Shown one piece after another: positions 54,533 to 64,000 of a DNA stretch of 64,000 bases. A program made the position numbers and the translations under genes. Origin of the DNA: Eledone cirrhosa (Eukaryota); assembly GCA_964016885.1 (NCBI GenBank), contig OZ024750.1:5084001-5148000 (forward strand). The letters run 5' to 3'. The first letter of the stretch is position 1. The number at the start of each line of letters is the position of its first letter. The notes beneath the pieces were generated by a model, which saw nothing but the letters and a program-made list of their open reading frames with translations, was not told where the DNA came from and ran no database searches.

Positions 54533-55294
54533 AACAAAACCTCTCATTTTAAAGGGTTCCTATTTAAATAAAAAATCTGAGTTCAAATTCAGTCTCCTGT
54601 CTCTGGGTAATTGGGGACATAAAACTGGGATCTCAGAATTTCGAAGAGACCGTTTTCAACCACTCATACAACACCTGCATTCAATGTGATAATTAACAAA
54701 CTTGGAGACATCTAACTTACTCCCTGTTAGTAATTGTAGTAATAGAAGAAGAAAAGAGGAGGTATGAGGAGGAGTAGAACAACAAGGGCTCAGTGTAGTG
54801 TGCAGTAGTGACGTAGTAAGGTAATAGATCTCCAGTTATCATATATACTACAGAGAACAACTGCACTGATAGGTATATATTATATTACATAGGGGTGGAT
54901 AGCAAGACTTTATCGAGAACACACATACATATATATAGACTCAGAGAGAAAGAGAGAGAGATCCACATATATAGACAAATGCAGATAAATATATAGACAC
55001 ACACATTCGGAGAGAGAGAGAGAGAGAGCGAGAGACCTACATATATAGACGAATGCAGATAAATATATAGACACACACACACTCAGAGAGAGAAAGCTTT
55101 GCTGGTCTGATAGGGTGGTGATGGACAATTCTATACATACGTAAACTAATTATAACAATTCAAAATATTTAACCCTTTTGGCACCAAAACATCTGGAACC
55201 ACCTCTGGTTCTACAATGGCAAGCGGTTTCCTTTAAAGTGTTTACATTTATCTGAAAACCTTCAGTTATAATTTTATGTACGAATATTTGCCGT

Positions 55295-55813
55295 TAAGTT
55301 CTATTTTGCGGTCTTGTTCGCAGGGTGCAGTCCCAACAGCGCTGCGCCCTAGGCGAGGTTTCACATTAAGGTCTTTATTGATTATACATATGAAAATTTT
55401 GGCCAATAAATGGAACAAGATTTTACGAACTCTTCAAGGGTTCCCCGGGGGGCACAAAACCCCCGCTGAAAATGTTTTCCCTTCGATTTATATTAAATTT
55501 AAACCATAGGTAAATAACAAGATATGATGCCTATTCACACAATTTCAGCAAGTTTCAATAATATTAAGACACCCTAATGGGGTTCTATTTTTTTTTCCTT
55601 ATAGCAACACTCAACTTCTCTGACAAACATTTTTTCGTCTGACCAATGCAATCAACAATATTTGTTTGTATTATTGTTTCGTAAATGAATTTGTCTTCGC
55701 TTTTGATTATCTGTCCTATATTTTGATTTCATTTTTGGTCTGAAAGGCATTGGGCATTTTAATGGGAACTGGGAATACCCCCACTCCCGGGTATTACCGG
55801 GTACCTCAGCTAG
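55295..55813 (+). mobile_element. Non-autonomous Helitron, 3' end
   Basis: CCCGG-GTATTA-CCGGG hairpin (55786-55801) 8 nt before CTAG|T; 5' boundary uncertain. Confidence 0.55.
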
Positions 55814-56481
55814 TATATATATAAGTGTGTGTGTCCGTGTCTATGTTTACATTTCTGCCTGTTCAGTAACTAGACAAAAAAAAAAAAAAAAAAAAAAAAA
55901 AAAACGAGAGATCGATGAAATAAATATTCGAGTCGATATGATCGTCTAATTCAAGGCGATGTCCTGGCATGGCCGCGCTCTAATGACTGAAACCAGTAAA
56001 AGAAAGGAGTTAACTAGTAAATATCCAGTTGACAACTTAATATTCTTACCATAAAATACTATACGGAGGAAAGAAAAGGGCCATAGTAAAATGTCAAAAT
56101 ATTATTCGACGTGTTTACACCATTTTATAACAAACTCAGCTGATAGACGCAATGGGTGTCAGTGTGTGTCTGTAGTGGTGAACATTCTTTTGTTTCAGTC
56201 TGTGGCATCGCCTTGGCCAGGCTGGGGCATCACATTGGTTTATTCGAGCATATTGACTCCCCACCCCCACCTCCAATGCTTATTTTATCGACCTCGTTTT
56301 TGTTGAACCGCTAAGTTACGAGATGCTAAAAAGAGCACCCATGACGTGGTCCTACATATCTATAAAAGACGGGAGGAGCTGGTCATGATTGCAATACTAG
56401 AGCTAAATAACTATATATATTTATATATATATACACACATATCGAATGTAGAATGGTAGCACACGAGTTGATGTATATAAA

Positions 56482-56721
56482 AAACAAATAGTAGAAAGGA
56501 AAAAGATATTTTCTGTAGACAATGTTGAAGAGATATTTTTGGTGAAATTTCAACATGTTGAATACTCGCTTCTGATTAAGTTCGTGTATATCTCACAAAA
56601 CCTTGGAAACGGGTCATACAAACCTTTGGTTTGTAAATAAATTAATGCTTTGAAATTTCACCAAAAATATCTCTTCAACATTGTCTACAGAAAATATCTT
56701 TTTCCTTTCTACTATTTGTTT
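56482..56721. repeat. Inverted repeat, 72-bp arms with a 96-nt spacer
   Basis: 56482-56553 is the reverse complement of 56650-56721. Confidence 0.92.
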
Positions 56722-58221
56722 ATATATATATATATATATATAAACATCGCCACTGAGATGAAACGTTTTCAAATACTGCCATGAGGTGTATAATATAAGT
56801 GTGTGTGTGTATGTGTACTGGGTGCATTTTATTGTCGAAATGAACATACAATTTCGCCATTCTCGGGAAGACTGCTGGTTCATCCGCCGTCACAGTGTCT
56901 GACAAGGTAGTCAAACACTGTTCTTGGAGTATTTTACAAGATCAAAACAAAACAAAAATCAAACACAAACCATATATATATTGCAAATTTAGCAACGGGT
57001 ACAAAACTTCTGCAGTCAGTTTAAGGCAAAAGCCCCGATTAAATTTTCAGCCAGAGACCCCATGCAAGCTTAATCCAGCCCTTGGCGGCTTAACTTTGCC
57101 TTTCATCCTTACGATGTCGATAATGCACTGGAGAAATTGCTGGCCTTGTGCCAAAAGTAGAAACATGTGTTATGGTTGGATTGGCAGTATCGGGAGAAGG
57201 TCGGACGCCATGCTTTGCAGCACAGAGTTACGGCCCTTTATGATGTGAGTTCAAATTTGGCCAGGTTAACTTTGCCGTTCATCCTTACGGGGTTGCTAAG
57301 ATAATGCACCAGTAATGCACCGGCAATATTAAATGGATATATATATACACACACACATACACACATAGATATTTTTATTGTTTTTTTTTGGGGGGGGGGG
57401 GGAGTCATATTGACCCTGTATATGACTGGTGCTTTACTTTATACCCGAGAAAGATGAAAGACAAAGTTTATCTCGGCTAGATGTGGCGGTTTAAGGGCTC
57501 CCAAATTAATTGTTTGGCTACCATAAATAATTCGCAAGGACCTTCATGAAATATTCAGACAGGGGCCCCCATGAAAATTTAATCCGTCCCTCGTAAGGGC
57601 CGAAATATTTTGTCTGACTCTTTAACTATGAATATGAAAGAGAGAAATGTAGAGAAACGTACTGGTAGTGGTGAGAGAGCATGGGAGAGAGATTAACTAC
57701 ATTTTAAATATATAATAGCTTTTCCTCACTTTATAATATGAGAAAGAGAGATAAGTATATCGATTGTGGTGTTGGTGTTAACAAGAGAGCTAGAAGGATC
57801 AACTACACTTTAAATATATACGAGTTCTTCCTTAGTTAAATATGCATATTTATCTATATATATATATATATATACATATATATGAGAGGAAAGGCTGGTT
57901 GCTTAGTTTATAATTTTCACACAAGACATGAAATCACGTGTGCCAAGCTCTGTTATTAAGAGGAGGAGGGGAAAGAGAACTGCTGGAGTAGAACAGCTTT
58001 GTCCCATATTTTGACCTCTGTACTAAACCTCATTCTAAAAACAAACAGCTGAAACTGTTGAGAGACGAATTCCATCATCTTGATATAATGTAATAAATAC
58101 ACAGACAGACAGACAGGGTGTGAGGTAGAGCGGTAGGTAGGGTGAGGAGTAATGTTTCACAATTCACCCAATTTTTTCTCACATTTTTGCCCGCCCCTCT
58201 CCCCCTACAATATATATATAT

Positions 58222-58499
58222 ATACGATATTAACAAATGGAAACTATATTTATAAAACCATATTTATTTTATTATACATATTTCAAGGACACTACGTTAA
58301 ATTATGGTGTGCTTTCATCAGACAAAATACAATATAGATCAGTTTTATAAATAAATATTGACATACCCTTAAAAAATGCACCCATTACTGTTGGAAGCTC
58401 CCGGACTATCCGGGAGCTTCCAACAGTAGTGTCCTTGAAATATGTATAATAAAATAAATATGGTTTTATAAATATAGTTTCCATTTGTTAATATCGTAT
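58222..58499. repeat. Inverted repeat, 74-bp arms, with an internal 20-bp hairpin
   Basis: 58222-58295 pairs with 58426-58499; hairpin at 58386-58428. Confidence 0.92.
58265..58329 (-). ncRNA. Minimal type I hammerhead ribozyme motif, second copy
   Basis: UAUUUUGU-CUGAUGA-AAG(C)ACAC-loop-GUGU(C)CUU-GAAA-UAUGUA-UA-AUAAAAUA. Confidence 0.7.
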
Positions 58500-58652
58500 G
58501 TTTACTCCAAATACTTGAGTGCTTTATATCAGTTATAAAAATATTTGCTTGTTGTATCCCAACAATTTAAATAGAACTTTTGCATATATATATATATTAG
58601 AAAAAGTCGGAGTCCGACGGCTGAGCTCTTGCCGTTTCGTCAGCTAATTCCA

Positions 58653-58734
<82 letters not shown>

Positions 58735-59055
58735 ACCAAGTTATATTTAAAACAATTTTAATTCTACATATGTTGCAATGTAGAGTGGCGAACCGTACCT
58801 TTGAGGTTTCAAAAACAATTAAAAAAACAAAAACTACTCAATACCAAAATTAGAGTCACAACACAGAGTAACAACAACCACAACACAGACTAACAACAAC
58901 CACAACACAGACTAACAACAACCACAACACCTACACAGCATAGATTAACAATAACCCAACCAGAACAATTAACTTTGTAAAGAATAAACTAGAAATCATG
59001 CAGCAGCAATGGCAGATGTAGAAACATTGGGGGTCATTAATGTCTATTTTCCAAG

Positions 59056-59241
59056 GGCGGTGGATTGGCAGTATCGGTAGTGAGCCGGACGCCATGTTTT
59101 CCAGCATAGTTACGTCCCTTTACGGTCTGAGTTCAAATCCCGCCGAGGTTAACTTTGCCTTTCATCCTTACGGAGTCGATAAAATAAAGTACCAGTAATG
59201 TACTGGTATTGCTGGCCTTGTGCCAAAAAGCAGAAACAATT
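59056..59241 (+). mobile_element. SINE family B with target-site duplication
   Basis: TTAATGTCTATTTTCC on both sides; an opposite-orientation partial copy lies at 61224-61322. Confidence 0.85.
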
Positions 59242-59259
59242 AATGTCTATTTTCCCTGT

Positions 59260-59560
59260 TAGCAGCTCACTGACAGGTTTGTGGTAGAGCTTGTAGCAGT
59301 GAAGACTTCCAGTGTTCTAGGCCTCTGGATCACATCCCTGCTCACTGCTATTGGAGCAGAGTTGGCTACACACAAGTGCAAGCCCTTGAAGGTGGAGTGG
59401 CTGTTCCAGTGCATCTCCCTAACCATCCTCTGACCATGAGATGAACTGACTCTTAAGTTTTCTTTATGGTGGTGGCATGTGGAATAGATATACTTGCATA
59501 AGCTTGGCATCTCCTTAGCCATCCTCCAGGGCAATGTCTACTCCAGCTGGGACCACGAGG
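59260..59560 (-). mobile_element. Decayed non-LTR retrotransposon 3' fragment
   Basis: GC-richer island with a degenerate coding character; family not assigned. Confidence 0.4.
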
Positions 59561-60114
59561 CAGACTGACCCGGTGGGGGGGGGGTTTCACATCTCTCTTA
59601 CAGACATTCACGCACAAGAGAGATTGTCATGTCTTTGACACAACTGAAGAGTCCTCTCGACTTTATATTTGGAAAGTTTTCAATGGCTAGATGCCCTTCC
59701 TATCACCAACCATTTTACAGAGTGTACTAGGTGCATTTCATCGGGGCATAACACTAGAGATGTTATGTCTTTAACACAACTGAAGATTTCGCTCAGCCCT
59801 TTCTTTGGCAAGTTTTATGGACAGCAAAGAAATCACACAAGTTGCGACTGTTCAAAGCAATGAAACACAGCATTTGAATAATTGTGGGAAACCATCAAAG
59901 CATAAGAAATAGACCAGATGAACAGCTTTCAAAATAAAATGTTTTAAATATTTAACATGCATATATAAGACACCAGCAGAGCTGTTTAATAAGATAGTGA
60001 TAGAGCCAGAGACAAAACTTGCCAGGCTAGCTGAGGGTGAGAAAGAAAGTAATCAGAGAGGATGGGGTGAAAGATCTATACAATTATATGTCACATTATC
60101 CCTGTAATAATTGT

Positions 60115-60500
60115 TGTGGCATGCTCTCAGTATTGGTGTGGATGATAGCGAGGTTAAGGTGTTGAAATAGTTAACCACTGTTGTGGTCGTCACCTGATAA
60201 GTTGGTAAAGTGAGCCACCAACAATGATGCAAATCACATTGTCAGTGGCCCAGCTCTCCACAAATGTTTGAACACAGCAATTGCCGATAATTGCTGGTAT
60301 TTTAAAATTTTATTCCATTTAGCTATGGATGCAGTGACCCTCACATTTACTGCAGCATCCAGGATGTGGGAAGGAGCAATAAAGTCACTAACTGTGGTGT
60401 CCCAAATGAGACATCTACCTCATACCCATTGAAGTAAATACCAATACTTTGAGGACTTTTTCTCTCAGCTGTACATCCAAATACACACACACATTTTGTG
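60115..60500 (-). mobile_element. Decayed restriction-like endonuclease (RLE) domain of a CRE-like non-LTR retrotransposon
   Basis: GRCLIWDTTVSDFIAPSH...TASIA..NKILKYQQL and LFQHLNLAIIHTN match the LxWDxT..D..A.S / K..KY / LFQRLSxAIQRGN pattern. Confidence 0.7.
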
Positions 60501-61719
60501 TAACGAACGGAATGCTGGGAATTTGGCATTCATGTTTTTCCCAGAGCTATACAGATATGTTATTCAACAAACAAATGGTCTACAGTAGTTCATAAAATGT
60601 TCACGATATACAAAAGGAACAAATCAATAAAAAGGGCCAAAATGAGACAGGGGAAAACGAGAAAACACTACACTCTCTAACACTACACCAGGGCTTCATC
60701 AAAGTGGCCCTTATAGACACTTAAGGATAAATAAATAAAAACTTTGGGGTTTCACAGGAGATGGGAGAGTTTGTAGTTTGCATTTGCATTTATTAATCAG
60801 TTTGTAATGAGGGAACAACCGCAAATATCATACATCTAGCTGAATGCCTGATTTTGTGGTTTAGCCACAAGTGATGTCGTTCATTAATGGCCCCTTCAAA
60901 AATGGTAAATAATTCTTTACCCATTCCCTTTGGAAATCAATTTTTCTCTTTAAAAAAAAACAAAACATTCTTGTAATCCATAGTTATAAGAATGATCCCA
61001 GGGAATTGCCGGCAAATTATTTTTTCCAGCCTGAGACGTTCGAGATACTATTTAGGGAGCTGGGGCCGCTGACAACGAAGTTCTTGTCATCGTTGACGAT
61101 TTGCCTCACCAAGGTTTCATATATCATGAAGAAGTTATGAGGGAAGAAAGTTGGGTGTTACGAAACACTGTTCGTTCAACAGAAACAAAAAAAACGAGTA
61201 TCAGGAAATAAGAAAAGATGTAAATAATTGTTTCCACTTTTGGCACAAGGCCATCAATTACCCAGTACATTACTGGTACTTTATTTTATCGACCCGTAAG
61301 GATGAAAGGCAAAGTTAACCTCGAATAATGTGATTCTATTGTTAGATTTAATGTTTTTCCTCTGACTGGTGTAAGGTAAACCAAAATAAGATTGTTTCAT
61401 AACTTCATTTGTTTGTTCGTAAATGTCAACAATATTTTCGCCAACATATTTCTATTGAGATATATTTTGGAAAACCCTTTGAAAATAATAAACAATTTGG
61501 AGGGATTTAGTAATATTACTTTCTTATGTGTTTGGAACATGACTGAACAAAGCTTCTTATATAAAATTATGATGGAAAAGTTTTAGTTACCATATTTCAG
61601 TGCAAATAATTTTGACAATAACTAACAGTTGGAAGAATTTAGTAATATAACTCGCTTTCTCAATATTTATCTAGTTTATGTAATAACAAAAGTTATTACA
61701 TAAAATTATGATGGAATGT

Positions 61720-61750
<31 letters not shown>

Positions 61751-61865
61751 AAATATAGACTCTAAAAAACAATCAGTGTTAAACTAGAGATAGTTTCAGG
61801 CGAGCTACCATATCACAGCCTGGCAATGTTCCTACCTCCACGAGTTGCCAAAATTGATCACCTTC

Positions 61866-62047
61866 GGAAGTCTGAAAAGTTCCTGGCTTAAGGGTGTCGT
61901 GAGAGGGTAGAGCTGTTATCTTTACAGGCAAGGTAGGACCGCTGCAATAAGTGTGTGAATCTGAGAGGGGAACATATTGAATAAAATCATAATTAACTGA
62001 TCCTCCTGTATTTTCTTTTACCCAAAGCCAAGAACGTTACAGTACTC
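61866..62047 (+). mobile_element. Internally deleted mariner element
   Basis: Imperfect TIRs CTGAAAAGTTCCTGGCTT / AAGCCAAGAACGTTACAG; residual transposase C-terminus DRCNKCVNLRGEHIE*. Confidence 0.7.
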
Positions 62048-63601
62048 AAGAACATCGAGAAACGACAGCAAAATCTCCCTCACACTACATGTACATATGG
62101 AGGTTGTCCGGGGATTTTGTCCATATACAATTGAAAATTACATTGAAACTGAAAACGATTGTGGACTCGTTTACATCTTGGGACCTTTTGACTAGAGTTG
62201 GGATGGCTATTTCAACGCATTTCCCCCTATCCTCGGGAGTACCGCCTTTTCTATTCTGCCCGCTGGGACCATATGACGGTTGGCCTGGGTTTCTGAATGT
62301 CGGAGTCTTCTCCCACACTGCCCTGACATATATCACTGGGGTAGCGATGGTATCAAGCTGTATATTTACGATAATTACACATATAGAAACTGCCTTGATA
62401 AATGTATTTGCATTAAAATGTTCGAGTGGTTGAAGATGTCCTATATTTTGACATAACTAGAGTTTAATGACTACCGCCTCCGACACCATCACTTATAACT
62501 TTCACAATAATGTATATTTCTTTTCATGAATTTTGCAGATACATTATGCTGATGGATCTTTTTAAAAAAAAAGAAAGTTTATTATTTTTTCTTCGCAATT
62601 AATTAGTTGTAGAAATAATTACATTTCTGTATAAAATTATGCATATTATTATTAATTATTAATTTGAAATTGATAAGCATTATGAATACAATTTCCGAGT
62701 TTATTAGAAACACAGATTGGAAATATTGAAAACATTACTAAACAGAAGTATAATACAATATTGAAAGAATTTTCTTCCTTTTATTCTCTTCTTCATATCC
62801 AAAAAAGGTAATAAACAACAGTTTGGAGAAAATAAATTTTGTTTAAATGTTTCCTGAATTTCATTAACATAATCATAATCTACACTTTAGCAAACGCATC
62901 TCTGCATAATTTCATTTTAAAAAATACCTTCCAGTATTTAATTTTTCATCTTACGATTTAGGTTCAAGTCCCCCGAAGTCAACTTTGTCCTTCGTCTTTC
63001 TGGGATTGATAAAATAAAGTATCAGTCAAGTACTGGAGTTGGTATAATCAAATTACTATCTCCTCCCCACCCCTGTGTGTCTGAGGACGACTACTGCAGC
63101 CATCTCCCATGACGGGTGTCTATTTCATGTGACACCGGGAACTCCCGATAACAGGAGACACTGACCGGTTCTAGAAATGGCAAGTTGTGCCGTTCAGAAT
63201 TATTTTTTAAAAAGCGAATCAACAACAAAAAGGAAGCTACATGCTTGCAGTGAAGAATGAACACGATATACACTAACTCAAGCAAAAGATAAAATAGCCA
63301 ACAACAGAAATTACCGCATTTGTTTAATTTAAATTTTATTTGTTTACACACGTTTTTCATCTCTCATCCAGTTATCCTTATTTACTATTTAAAATATAAT
63401 AAATATAGGGCAATTTTTAAAGTACAAATCCAAAAATAGACAAATAAGGGACATCAATGGCCAAGCAACTAGCAAGTCAGCCATTTGGCTGTTGAAATGT
63501 AAATTTAGTGGTTTACATAGTCAAGATTCGAATCATACGTAACACGAAAGAAATAATTAGGAAAAAAAAAAAGAAAGGAGAAAAAGAAACAAATAACTTA
63601 C

Positions 63602-63900
63602 AGTACATATGACACTCCGGCAGTACGTTGGTGGACGAATGTAATGTATACTTTCCTTGGCAAGCTGTCAAACAAGGACTTGATTGGTCTTGTTTTTTTT
63701 TTCTTTCTTTCTTGCCTTTCTAAATAATAGTGAAGTGAAGGTAAACGAAAGTCGCTCCTTCGTATCTTATAAACACTAGCAGAACTGAAAAATGGTGCGC
63801 GCGAAATGTGTAAACGAAGAGTGTAAAACGTCAACAAAGTTGAGGTGAGGAATCTGATAGTGTTTCCCACTCGCCACCGTCGCCGTAGTCACTGGTTCAC
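63602..63900 (-). other. Candidate non-coding first exon of CPT1
   Basis: The CPT1 ATG exon has a splice acceptor, so an upstream exon is required. This stretch is non-repetitive, CpG-richer, and ends in a GTAAGT donor at 63596-63601. The 5' end is approximate. Confidence 0.4.
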
Positions 63901-64000
63901 TGCAACTTTCAGAATACCAATTGCCCAATCAAAGCTTTTTAATCTGTTAAAATACGAATTTTAACCAGATGATAAAGTAACTAACACTCAACGCTAAAAT

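Noticed and set aside
62085-62433. Overlapping 83-aa and 114-aa ORFs
   Set aside because: No recognisable domain and no convincing splice context.
63598-63870. 90-aa ORF as an N-terminal extension of CPT1
   Set aside because: It starts at GTG, and in-frame stops precede the CPT1 ATG within its exon; better read as UTR.

Overview
AT-rich, microsatellite- and SINE-dense animal genomic DNA. The repeat content suggests a cephalopod such as Octopus (inference). Two intron-containing genes lie on the minus strand. (1) A complete carnitine O-palmitoyltransferase 1 (CPT1) gene: ATG at 52976, stop at 27499, 21 coding exons per transcript, about 769 aa. Its catalytic His sits in a 26-nt microexon, followed by two homologous, same-phase, probably mutually exclusive exons (36311-36376 and 34574-34636). 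(2) The first two coding exons of a probable golgin GM130/GOLGA2 gene (18890-18952, 5240-5365), which continues off the left end. Introns and intergenic DNA hold a 5'-truncated CR1-type LINE, RTE and CRE-like LINE remnants, two tRNA-derived SINE families, TTAA (piggyBac-type), mariner and pogo MITEs, a Helitron end and many minisatellites. Two copies of a dispersed repeat each carry a complete minimal type I hammerhead ribozyme fold with compensatory changes (15557-15618 and 58265-58329, minus strand). Several TA-flanked fold-back elements resemble Penelope-derived insertions. All exon boundaries and folds were read by hand; none has been checked computationally.
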